A stretch of DNA of 64,000 bases from Acidimicrobiia bacterium (GTDB taxonomy: Bacteria; Actinomycetota; Acidimicrobiia; Spongiisociales; ZC4RG35): NCBI GenBank assembly GCA_036374335.1, contig DASUUC010000085.1:1193-65192 (forward strand), written 5' to 3'. A program made the position numbers and the translations under genes. Position 1 is the stretch's first letter. Each line of letters opens with the position of its first letter. Below the pieces are notes generated by a model. The model was not told where the DNA came from, made no database searches, and worked only from the letters and a program-made list of their open reading frames with translations. Shown here piece by piece: positions 9,040 to 16,829 of this stretch.

Positions 9040-9092
9040 ACCGTTCCGTGCGGGTTTTTGCGGCCTGAGCCCTGAGACCCGCACAGAACGGT
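9040..9092 (+). repeat. Family-2 hairpin element, copy A; doubles as a terminator between convergent genes
   Basis: Arms accgttccgtgcgggt / acccgcacagaacggt (15 of 16 complementary) flank a 21-nt core containing CTGAGCCC, followed by TTTC. It fills the 56-nt gap between the nuclease stop (9037) and the MetE-like stop (9094). Confidence 0.7.
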
Positions 9093-9093
9093 T

Positions 9094-10101
9094 TCAGGCG
9101 ACCAATGAGGCGCCCTCGGCCAGGGCACGCATCTTGGCGAGGGCGACCTCGCGGGTGAGGGGGACCATGCCGCAGTTGGTGGAGGCCACTACACGGTCCA
9201 GCGGCATGTGCTCGGAGACGGCGTCGACGGTGGCGGCCACCTCTTCTGGTGTCTCGATACGCTCGGTCGCCACGTCGATCACACCCGCCTGAACACTCTT
9301 GTCTCCCAGCAGGTCGAGCACCTCGAGGGGGACATGCGATCCGGCGATCTCCAGTGACACCTGGTCGACCGAAGACTCCGCCAGCACCGGAAATGTGGCC
9401 TCGTACTGACGCCACTCCGGGCCGAGCCCACGTTTCCAGTCGATATTCGCCTTCACACCGTACCCGTAGCAGATGTGCACTGCCGTGGTCGCATCGACAC
9501 CATCGATCGCTCGTTCCAGCGCGTCGATCCCCCACCCGGCGACATCATCGAGGAAGACGTTGAATGCGGGCTCATCGAACTGGATGACGTCGACACCGGC
9601 GGCAGCCAAGGCCCGGGCCTCCTCGTTGAGGATGTCGGCGAACACCATGGCGAGTGTCTCCCGGTCTCCATAATGATCGTCCTGGAGGGTGTCCACCATG
9701 GTCATCGGCCCGGGGACCTGGCTCTTGACCTGGTGGTTGGTCATCGAGCGGAGGAAGCGGGCGTCCTCTACGAAAACCCCACCTTTGCTGGATACCTCGC
9801 CGACCACCCGGGGCACCGAGGCATCGTATCTCTGCCGGATTCGGACCGTAGCCCGGTTGACCGCATCGACACCGTTCAACCCTTCGATGAACGTGGTCAC
9901 GAAGTGCTGGCGGGTCTGTTCGCCATCGGAAACGATGTCGATGCCGGCCTCCACCTGCTCGGATACGGCGACCCGCACCGCATCCCTCTTCGCTTCGGCC
10001 AGCTCATTTCCTTCGTGGCGCCACCCCGCCCAGAGCTGATCGGGCGCGGCCAGCCAACGCGGTTTGGGAAGACTGCCGGCGATCGTTGTCTGCACACTCA
10101 C
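9094..10101 (-). CDS. Cobalamin-independent methionine synthase-like protein (MetE catalytic-domain-only type)
   Basis: 335 aa. The N-terminus TTIAGSLPKPRWLA and overall UROD/MetE-like pattern match the short methionine synthase II family (recognised by eye). Confidence 0.7.
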   Translation of the reverse strand: MSVQTTIAGSLPKPRWLAAPDQLWAGWRHEGNELAEAKRDAVRVAVSEQVEAGIDIVSDGEQTRQHFVTTFIEGLNGVDAVNRATVRIRQRYDASVPRVVGEVSSKGGVFVEDARFLRSMTNHQVKSQVPGPMTMVDTLQDDHYGDRETLAMVFADILNEEARALAAAGVDVIQFDEPAFNVFLDDVAGWGIDALERAIDGVDATTAVHICYGYGVKANIDWKRGLGPEWRQYEATFPVLAESSVDQVSLEIAGSHVPLEVLDLLGDKSVQAGVIDVATERIETPEEVAATVDAVSEHMPLDRVVASTNCGMVPLTREVALAKMRALAEGASLVA

Positions 10102-10161
10102 ACCGAGAAAGCTAGTGACAACCGACGGAATGAGGACTGACCGACGGTGTTGAACCAGGAC

Positions 10162-11034
10162 ATGAGTGAACTTCCGTCCCTGGCAATCACCGGATCAACG
10201 GGTGCGATCGGTGGGCGCGTCGCCCGTCGCCTCGCCGATACCGGGGTCGAGCAGCGCCTGCTCGTTCGCGATGCCGGTGATGCACCACAACTCGACGGAG
10301 CCTCACTCGTAGAGGTCGCCGACTATGGCGACCTCGATGCCATGAAGGCGGCGCTCTCCGGCGTCGCCACCCTCTTCCTGGTCTCGTTCCGGGAGGCGGA
10401 GGATCGGCTCGACCGTCACTTCCGCGCCGTCGATGCCGCGGCGTCGGCCGGCGTCGAACGGCTCGTGTACCTGTCGTTTCTCCGCGCCTCCCCCGAGTCG
10501 ACCTTCAAGTTGGGGCGTCAGCATTACGCCACCGAGGAGCGCATTCGAGAGTCGGGAGTGGCCTTCACCTTCCTCCGGTCGAGCTTCTATGCCGATTTCG
10601 TCCCCTTCTTCACCGGTGACGACGGTGTGATCCGGGCACCGGCCGGCGACGGCAAGGTGAGCTGGATCAGCCGGGACGACATTGCGGACACGGTCGTCGC
10701 TGCGGTGCAGTCCGATGCCTGGGTGGGACAGGCTCTAGAGAACTCGGGGCCTGCTGCTCTCGACTTCTACGAAACCAGTGAGATCCTGAGCCGGGTCACC
10801 GGCCGGGACATCTCCTACTTCGAGGAGACCGAGGAAGAGGCATGGGCGTCGCGTCGGTCCTCCGGCGCCCCAGATTGGGAGATCGAGGGCTGGGTAAGCT
10901 CCTATCTCGCGGTGGCCAATGGCGAGCTTTCAACGGTGTCGGACACAGTGGAGAGGCTGACCGGTCATCCACCCATCGACCTGGAGTCCTTCCTGGTCGC
11001 CAACCCGGAGCTCTGGTCCCACCTCCAAAGCTGA
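10162..11034 (+). CDS. NmrA-like / atypical SDR NAD(P)-binding protein
   Basis: 290 aa from ATG 10162. Rossmann motif ITGSTGAIGGRVARRL. NmrA-like length and pattern. Confidence 0.75.
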   Translation: MSELPSLAITGSTGAIGGRVARRLADTGVEQRLLVRDAGDAPQLDGASLVEVADYGDLDAMKAALSGVATLFLVSFREAEDRLDRHFRAVDAAASAGVERLVYLSFLRASPESTFKLGRQHYATEERIRESGVAFTFLRSSFYADFVPFFTGDDGVIRAPAGDGKVSWISRDDIADTVVAAVQSDAWVGQALENSGPAALDFYETSEILSRVTGRDISYFEETEEEAWASRRSSGAPDWEIEGWVSSYLAVANGELSTVSDTVERLTGHPPIDLESFLVANPELWSHLQS

Positions 11035-11062
11035 TGCCGTAGGCAACCTGGCTGAAAGAGAA

Positions 11063-11090
11063 ACGGCCCCGGCATGGCTGCCAGGGCCGT
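11063..11090. terminator. Hairpin between the convergent NmrA-like and yceI genes
   Basis: acggccccgg-catggctg-ccagggccgt, 9 of 10 bp paired, followed by ..gattt. Confidence 0.5.
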
Positions 11091-11113
11091 CCTCGATTTG
11101 ACGTGCTTTGCGG

Positions 11114-11668
11114 TCAGGCGCGGATCAGCTGTCCCTCGATCTCGAGAGTCACATCCTTGGAGACGAGCCAGCCGCCGCCCTCCAGGGCAGCATTCCAGGT
11201 CAGGCCCCAGTCCTCGCGGCTCACCTTGGTCGAAGCGGTGAAACCGACGTGCTCGTTGCCCCAGGGGTCGGTGGCCGATCCCTCATAAGTGACATCGAGG
11301 GTGACGGGGCGGGTGACGTCACGGATGGTGAGGTAGCCGGTGAGCTTCCAGTCTTCGCCATCGCGGGAGATGTCGGTGGACACAAACCTGAGCTTGGGGT
11401 GATTATCGACATCGAGAAAGTCCCCGGAGCGCAGATGGTCGTCACGATCTGCAGCACCGGTGGTGATGCTCGCCGCATCGAGACTCACCTCGATCCTGGA
11501 ATCGGTCAGTTCCTCGGGGATCTCAACAGTTGCGTCGAAGTCCTCGAAATGGCCGCGCACTTTGGTCACCATCAAGTGCTTGGCGGTGAATCCAATTCTG
11601 GAATGCGCCTTGTCGAGCGTCCAGGTACCGGTTTCGATCGTGGGGCGGGCTGTGGTTTCAGTGGTCAC
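11114..11668 (-). CDS. YceI family protein
   Basis: 184 aa from GTG 11668, preceded by GAAGGAGACGCT. YceI-like WTLDKAHSRIGFTAKHLMVTKVRGHF ... HPKLRFVS. The track ORF reaching 12394 is an upstream extension through the marR region. Confidence 0.85.
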   Translation of the reverse strand: MTTETTARPTIETGTWTLDKAHSRIGFTAKHLMVTKVRGHFEDFDATVEIPEELTDSRIEVSLDAASITTGAADRDDHLRSGDFLDVDNHPKLRFVSTDISRDGEDWKLTGYLTIRDVTRPVTLDVTYEGSATDPWGNEHVGFTASTKVSREDWGLTWNAALEGGGWLVSKDVTLEIEGQLIRA

Positions 11669-11697
11669 AGCGTCTCCTTCTGTCCTATCCCGTGGCT

Positions 11698-11732
11698 TAG
11701 TTGCTATGTACAACCATTGAGAGACACAACTA
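11698..11732. promoter_or_regulatory. Inverted repeat TAGTTG-N23-CAACTA in the AT-richer yceI/marR divergent region (possible MarR operator)
   Basis: Read directly in the 75-bp intergenic region. The arms are short, so this is weak. Confidence 0.25.
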
Positions 11733-11743
11733 TTCCGATTAAG

Positions 11744-12214
11744 ATGGAGATCATGGAAAAGTCGGCATCCGACAAGGTTCGTGCCTGGCGTGCCCTGATG
11801 CACGTGCACGCCGCGGTGACCAACGCCATCGACGAGACACTCCAGGCAGAACTGGGCATCCCCGGCACGTGGTATGAGGCGTTGGTAGAGATCGCCTTCG
11901 CCGGTGGATTGATGCGCATGCAGGAGTTCGCGGAAGAGACCACCCTCACCAAGAGTGGGGCCACCCGCTTCGTCGACCGCCTGGAGCGTGCAGGTCTGGT
12001 CGAAAGGAAGTCGTGCCCCACCGACCGGCGTGTTTACCAGCTGACGCTCACCGAGGAGGGGAAGAGGCTGCAAGAGGCGGCAGATCCCCATGTCCTTCGA
12101 GTCCTCGAAGAGACGTTCGGCAGGTACATCTCCGAGGACGAGGCAGGCGTCATTCTCAACGCATTGCGGCGGGCCCACATGGCCCTTGCCGGCGTGGAGC
12201 CGGCCGCCATCTAG
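11744..12214 (+). CDS. MarR family transcriptional regulator
   Basis: 156 aa from ATG 11744. Winged-HTH pattern LMRMQEFAEETTLTKSGATRFVDRLERAGLVERKSCPTDRRVYQLTLTEEG. Divergent from yceI, a common pairing. Confidence 0.85.
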   Translation: MEIMEKSASDKVRAWRALMHVHAAVTNAIDETLQAELGIPGTWYEALVEIAFAGGLMRMQEFAEETTLTKSGATRFVDRLERAGLVERKSCPTDRRVYQLTLTEEGKRLQEAADPHVLRVLEETFGRYISEDEAGVILNALRRAHMALAGVEPAAI

Positions 12215-12224
12215 CCTGCTGGGA

Positions 12225-12611
12225 ATGACCTCGGCACCACAACCGACCAGCGACCAACAGACCTGGCGCGTTCTGGCCCACGCATCGGCCTTCATCCAGC
12301 TTCTCGGGATTCCGAGCGTGGTCGGGCCTTTGGTGGTTTGGCTGGTCCTTCGAGACGACCCGGTGGTGGAGCCGCACGCCCGGTCCGCACTCAACTTCCA
12401 GCTCTCCGTGCTGATCTACTTTCTGGTCGGCGCGGTGGTGGCGGTCATAGCCGCGCTCACCATCATCGGAATCCTGGTGACGGTGCTGATCGTCATTCTC
12501 CTGCTGGCCCTGTTCCTGCTCGAGTTGGTGTTCGCCTTGATGGCCACGTTGGCTGCGTCGCGCGGTGAGCTCTATGTCTATCCGATGAGTCTCGACCTCA
12601 TCAAGGGATAG
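12225..12611 (+). CDS. DUF4870-family membrane protein
   Basis: 128 aa from ATG 12225. Signature WRVLAHASAFIQLLG...GPLVVWLV...HARSALNFQLS followed by TM helices. Confidence 0.65.
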   Translation: MTSAPQPTSDQQTWRVLAHASAFIQLLGIPSVVGPLVVWLVLRDDPVVEPHARSALNFQLSVLIYFLVGAVVAVIAALTIIGILVTVLIVILLLALFLLELVFALMATLAASRGELYVYPMSLDLIKG

Positions 12612-12630
12612 CAACTACGGCTGGCGTCGG

Positions 12631-12873
12631 TCAGCTGGGGTTTGACCGTCCCCGTTCCCCACGACCCAGCCAGAAACCGAGAAAGCCGCCGACGATCGCC
12701 CCTGCCGGCAGGCCAAACACAATCGTCACTGCAGCCGCGGCCAGATCGCCAAACCCTTCGGAGTCAGCGACCGCAACCGCGATGAGGCCGATCCCCACGG
12801 CCAGGGCCATCCCTGCTACCGCTCCGATCAAGACCCGGACCACAGGGTGGGTTCGGCCCCATCTATAACTCAT
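12631..12873 (-). CDS. Small hydrophobic membrane protein
   Basis: 80 aa with two Gly/Ala-rich TM helices. Its start overlaps the stop of the upstream lipoprotein gene. Confidence 0.45.
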   Translation of the reverse strand: MSYRWGRTHPVVRVLIGAVAGMALAVGIGLIAVAVADSEGFGDLAAAAVTIVFGLPAGAIVGGFLGFWLGRGERGRSNPS

Positions 12874-13415
12874 GGCAGGTATACGGCGTCGCCGCCGCTG
12901 ACCAGCCCATCGGTGATGGTGACCTCCATGGCAATCGGAGTCCCCGAAGGCACCCCATAGAGCGGCTCACCGCTGTATGTCCCCTCATAGACCTCGGCGA
13001 AGATCGGAGCATCGACCAGGATCTTCTCCGATGTATCGGATCCCGAGATCAAAGCGAATTGTGCGTCCCCAGCGACGTGTAGTAGCTCCAAGACCTGCTC
13101 GTCGTTGTCGATGTAGAAATCGTTGGGCAGGTCCTCCCCTTCGGCGATCTCTCCGTCTTCGATGGCGGCCGTCCTCGCCTCCTCGCCGGTGAGCATCTCG
13201 GCGAGGTCGATTCCCAAAGTCATCTCGCCGGTCTCGTCCTCGCCCACGGTCACGAACGCGAACCAGGTACCGTCCGCAATCGGCTGCACTTGACTGACAG
13301 TGGTCGTCGAACCGCGATTCGAACCGGCACCGGAGCAGCCGGCCACCGTCAACGTCGCTACCAGGACCGTGATGGATAGCCGTCTATTCGAGTTTCTCAA
13401 CTTGTTCCTTTTCAA
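12870..13415 (-). CDS. Putative lipoprotein
   Basis: About 181 aa from TTG 13415 (or TTG 13400). Lipobox LTVAGCSG after a hydrophobic leader. Acidic mature domain. The longer track ORF (to 13820) is Arg/Gly-rich and unlikely to be real. Confidence 0.55.
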   Translation of the reverse strand: MKRNKLRNSNRRLSITVLVATLTVAGCSGAGSNRGSTTTVSQVQPIADGTWFAFVTVGEDETGEMTLGIDLAEMLTGEEARTAAIEDGEIAEGEDLPNDFYIDNDEQVLELLHVAGDAQFALISGSDTSEKILVDAPIFAEVYEGTYSGEPLYGVPSGTPIAMEVTITDGLVSGGDAVYLP

Positions 13416-13519
13416 CAATGCACGTCGACCGCCGCCATCTTCCGAAATGCCCTCACGTGCGCAACCGCAATGAGACGTCGCAAGCCGCAAACGGTGTCCG
13501 AGGCTCGGAAGTCCCGGAC

Positions 13520-13918
13520 TTATTGGTAGTTGAGGTTGACCGACTCCCAGGAGCGGCGGATGACACAATCCACCGCCTTCAAGGCCGCCCAGAGGCCCAG
13601 AATCGAGAAACCGACCGCCAGCATCGGCGCCACGGCCACCTCTGCTTCTACGGCGAGCACCACGACAGCCATCGATGAAAGAAACGCGGCAAGGTAGACC
13701 AGGGAGTTCCGCAAGCCGTTTCTCCGGTTGTCGAGCCGCTCGATGCGTGTCTTCAGAGCGCTCAGCGATCCGGATGTGCTCTCGATAGTCACCCGCCCGC
13801 TGCGACCCCGACGCGTGCATACCCAGAGCTGGGGTGCGGCGAGCTCGATCTCATACGGTCCGGCACGCCACCGGTGATCTCTCTCGATCCAGGTGAGGCG
13901 GCTCACGTCGACCATCAT
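13520..13918 (-). CDS. Hypothetical membrane protein
   Basis: 132 aa from ATG 13918. Soluble N-terminal half, then two C-terminal TM helices (LVYLAAFLSSMAVVVLAV; MLAVGFSILGLWAALKAV). The track ORF start at 14014 lies inside repeat copy 1. Confidence 0.45.
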   Translation of the reverse strand: MMVDVSRLTWIERDHRWRAGPYEIELAAPQLWVCTRRGRSGRVTIESTSGSLSALKTRIERLDNRRNGLRNSLVYLAAFLSSMAVVVLAVEAEVAVAPMLAVGFSILGLWAALKAVDCVIRRSWESVNLNYQ

Positions 13919-13979
13919 ACCGGAGCGCCGATAACCCGTGAGCCTCCTCTCGGGGACGCCGCGGAGCTGGGCCGAGCCC

Positions 13980-14026
13980 AATGAAACGCCGAAACTCCCA
14001 TATCTGGGAGCCACAGCATTAGGAAC
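13980..14026 (-). repeat. Family-1 47-nt structured element, copy 1
   Basis: Minus-strand read: GTTCCTAATGCTGTGGCTCCCAGATATGGGAGTTTCGGCGTTTCATT. The TAA within CCTAATGC (14019-14021) is the stop codon of the upstream HEXXH gene. Confidence 0.85.
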
Positions 14027-14576
14027 CGGATCTGTCGTTGGCCCACCTGGCGAGGTCGGCCAGGGTGTCCTGGTAGGCCTCGGCGTGGCCCGTCTCTACG
14101 GCGTGGGCCACCTCGTGGAGGACGGTCCAGGCGCGGGCAGGTCGCTCGATGAGGATCGATCGGCTGGTCGGGTCGTAGACCCCACCGAGACGTCCTTCCA
14201 GGTCGTCGACGACCTGCAGCTCGACAGGCCCGATGTCCAGGTAATCGGCCGCGTCGTCGGCCAGGACGCGGGCCGCGTCATCGTCGAGGAAGGTATTGGC
14301 GAGATCGCTCATCATGAGATCGACGCCCGATTCCCGCATGGCTTCCTGGACGATGCAGTAGTCGAATCCGCATATTTCCAGTCCGTTGTCGGCGACCGGG
14401 CGGGCGACGAACACGTTGTACAGGGGGATGACCGCCATGGCGATCGCGGTAAGAGCGGCTACGGCGATCAAAAGTGGTTTGCGCCAGGGTGGAGGGGCCA
14501 GAGGCTCGAAGTCCTCTTCGGAGAGGTCCCATTCCTCGAAAAGCTCTTCTTCGTGGTGGTCGGAGTCGATCACCAC
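14019..14576 (-). CDS. Membrane-anchored protein with an HEXXH metalloprotease-like motif
   Basis: 185 aa. Acidic N-terminus, one TM helix (LLIAVAALTAIAMAVIPL), C-terminal WTVLHEVAHAVETGH. Confidence 0.6.
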   Translation of the reverse strand: MVIDSDHHEEELFEEWDLSEEDFEPLAPPPWRKPLLIAVAALTAIAMAVIPLYNVFVARPVADNGLEICGFDYCIVQEAMRESGVDLMMSDLANTFLDDDAARVLADDAADYLDIGPVELQVVDDLEGRLGGVYDPTSRSILIERPARAWTVLHEVAHAVETGHAEAYQDTLADLARWANDRSGS

Positions 14577-14618
14577 ACCGATGGTACGGGCCTTCCCAAC
14601 ACACCGAGAAGGCAGCCG

Positions 14619-15275
14619 TCAGTGCCTCACCTCGATGCCTCCGAAGAGCACCGTGGCGTCGATGCGGAGACGGGGGGCTCCATCGGGGAGGGGCTCGTTG
14701 GCAGTGGCGTTTTCGAAGCCACCGAACAACGGGAAACCGTTGATCTCTACCCGCCAACCCTCGGGAACGGCGATCTCAACCCCTCCAAAGGCGGCAAAAA
14801 CATCGAGTTCGGCGTCCGGAGCCAGCGTGGCGTGGCGGAGATCGACCTCGGCGCCTCCGAAGATCGCCCCGATGCGGCCACCTCGGAAGCTCGTCGAGTT
14901 GGAGGCGATTTCGCTACCCGAGAACAGGTTGAAGGTGTTCACCCGGTCTTCCGTAGTGCGTGATTGTGTGCCCATGCCCCTCCCAAACAGCACGAGAAGC
15001 CCGAGGATGATCAGGATGGCCGGCAACAAGACGTCGACGGTGTCGATGACACCGGTGGTTCGCAGCAGGACGAGTGCTCCGCCTCCGACGAGAATCAGGG
15101 GAACCACCCAATGACGGGGATTAGCGACGAAGGCCAGCGCCCCACCGGCGATGATCGCAGTCGGCCACCAATCCCCGATGATCTCGCCGGCGTCGAGCAC
15201 GTCGAGATTGTCCAGGAGCAAGAGCGATCCGACGGCGACGATGATGATCCCGAAGAAGGCACGTGCCCAGTTCAT
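14619..15275 (-). CDS. LiaF-like / DUF2154 cell-envelope stress-associated membrane protein
   Basis: 218 aa. Four or five N-terminal TM helices, then a C-terminal beta-rich region with repeated FGG motifs (AIFGGAEVDL, AAFGGVEIAV, PLFGGFEN, VLFGGIEV). Confidence 0.7.
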   Translation of the reverse strand: MNWARAFFGIIIVAVGSLLLLDNLDVLDAGEIIGDWWPTAIIAGGALAFVANPRHWVVPLILVGGGALVLLRTTGVIDTVDVLLPAILIILGLLVLFGRGMGTQSRTTEDRVNTFNLFSGSEIASNSTSFRGGRIGAIFGGAEVDLRHATLAPDAELDVFAAFGGVEIAVPEGWRVEINGFPLFGGFENATANEPLPDGAPRLRIDATVLFGGIEVRH

Positions 15276-15317
15276 GGTCCTCTCCTCTGAATGAAGTGCG
15301 CTGACAGTAGTGGCCGC

Positions 15318-16817
15318 TCAGCGACCGATATCGGGCTCGCTCTGCCGGGCTCGGGCCCTGATCGTGAAAACCGAATCACCCGAGAGGACCCCTCCCCTGC
15401 CGAACAAGCGGCCGAACTGCCAGTTGGACAGCCCCAGCTCCGGCCGATTGAACGCATACTGGCCGTCCACCCAGCGAGTGAAGCCGTTGCCGACGAATGG
15501 AGCGTCGATCAGGTCGAAGAACTCGTCATGCTCCTCGTGGACCTCCGAGATGAGACTGGCCGCGAACCGGGGGCTCTGCTCGTTGAACATGGCGATAGCC
15601 TCCTCTACGTCGGGCACGAGAGTGAGGGTGACCTCAGGACTGCCCTCCCATTCCCACTCCACGCCCAACTGGTCGTCGTCGATCGTCTCTGTCCGCGGCT
15701 CGGTGACGGGACCCTCGGCCCGCAGCACCGACGACGGTTCGAACCACGCGGGAGGGATGAGATGGCGGACGTTGGTCGTCACGTGGAGCTTTGCGGTCGC
15801 ACCGGTTCTCTCCCCGGCACGATGCAACGACTCGAGGAACACGGGCACCAGGTCCTCGGCACGGGATGCCACGATGCAGGTCGTGTTGAGGGTGTTGCAC
15901 ACCTTGCGGTCGAGGGAGTTGTAGACGGCAGCGGCAAACGCCCCTGGGTCGGCCGACTCGGCGGCGATCACCCAGGCACCTCCGGTTCCGTGGAGGCTCA
16001 CCGGTATCCCGGTCTGGCGAGCCACCGAGCCGAGTTGGGAGACTGCCCGCCCCGAGCCACGGGCAACCGCCAGGCCGAGCCGCGCATCGGAGAACATCGC
16101 CCAACCGGCAGCACGCGAAGGGGTGTCCACTAGCGACACGGCGCCCGTGGGCAGGCCCGCCCTTTCCAGGGCGGGTTGAAGAGCACGCGCCACGATCGCC
16201 CGGGCCGTTCCCAGCGCATCGGACCCGATCCTGAAGACCACCGTGTTCCCCGCGGCGAGCACTCCGGTAGCGTCCGCGAACACATTGGGCCGTCCCTCGA
16301 AGACGAATCCGACCACACCGAGGCCCGATCGCACCTGTTCGAGCGTCCAGCCATCATGGTCGATGGTCTCGACCACCCGGCCCCGACCGACGTCGCTGCC
16401 TGCCCACAGCCTCAGGCCGTCGATCATGCCCTGTCGCATACCGTCGCTGAGCAACAATCTGGTTGTCGAACGACCTCGCTGGCGGGCGTGCTCCACGTCG
16501 GATGCGTTCGCTTCTGCGATGGGGCCGAACGAGGCGTCGTCCTTCAAATGGTCGGCGAAGGTGTTGAAGAAGGTCTCCAGTTGGACGTCGGTCACCGATC
16601 CCATCACCGAGAACGCCTCCGATGCGGCATCGATAGCGGTCCCGGCCCGATCCCACTCGGCTTCGGGGATGTGGAGCAGGGCCCCGGTGTCCTGCACGAC
16701 GACGAGCCGATCGCCCGGCGCAAATGCTCGGGCCAACTCCTCGTCGACATGTACCACCCTGTTGCCGCCGTAGAGGATGGGCATTCCCGCTTTCAGCTCG
16801 GTCAGGGTCTCGGACAT
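15318..16817 (-). CDS. proA: Divergent glutamate-5-semialdehyde dehydrogenase (ProA)-like aldehyde dehydrogenase with an N-terminal extension
   Basis: 499 aa. ProA-like blocks GVVGFVFEGRPNVFADA, SLDRKVCNTLNT (catalytic Cys) and GNGFTRWVDGQYAFNRPELGLSN. About 60-70 extra N-terminal residues. Immediately downstream of proB. Confidence 0.65.
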   Translation of the reverse strand: MSETLTELKAGMPILYGGNRVVHVDEELARAFAPGDRLVVVQDTGALLHIPEAEWDRAGTAIDAASEAFSVMGSVTDVQLETFFNTFADHLKDDASFGPIAEANASDVEHARQRGRSTTRLLLSDGMRQGMIDGLRLWAGSDVGRGRVVETIDHDGWTLEQVRSGLGVVGFVFEGRPNVFADATGVLAAGNTVVFRIGSDALGTARAIVARALQPALERAGLPTGAVSLVDTPSRAAGWAMFSDARLGLAVARGSGRAVSQLGSVARQTGIPVSLHGTGGAWVIAAESADPGAFAAAVYNSLDRKVCNTLNTTCIVASRAEDLVPVFLESLHRAGERTGATAKLHVTTNVRHLIPPAWFEPSSVLRAEGPVTEPRTETIDDDQLGVEWEWEGSPEVTLTLVPDVEEAIAMFNEQSPRFAASLISEVHEEHDEFFDLIDAPFVGNGFTRWVDGQYAFNRPELGLSNWQFGRLFGRGGVLSGDSVFTIRARARQSEPDIGR

Positions 16818-16829
16818 CTCGTCTCGATC

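Noticed and set aside
10102-10146. Possible SAM or cobalamin riboswitch upstream of the MetE-like gene.
   Set aside because: The upstream region is only about 45 nt before the divergent gene. That is far too short for either riboswitch class, and no conserved riboswitch core sequences were seen.
11108-11743. Upstream extensions that make MarR 368 aa and YceI 426 aa (11669-12394).
   Set aside because: Each extension is the antisense of the neighbouring real gene. SD-preceded internal starts (ATG 11744, GTG 11668) give proteins of family-typical length.
13938-14963. ORFs sharing a peptide PY(L/M)GATALGT (13938-14963 +, 17577-18263 +, and the ends of 13520-14014 and 54053-54496). At first these looked like a conserved protein motif.
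   Set aside because: The shared peptide is simply the translation of the family-1 DNA repeat in one frame. The rest of these ORFs are antisense shadows.
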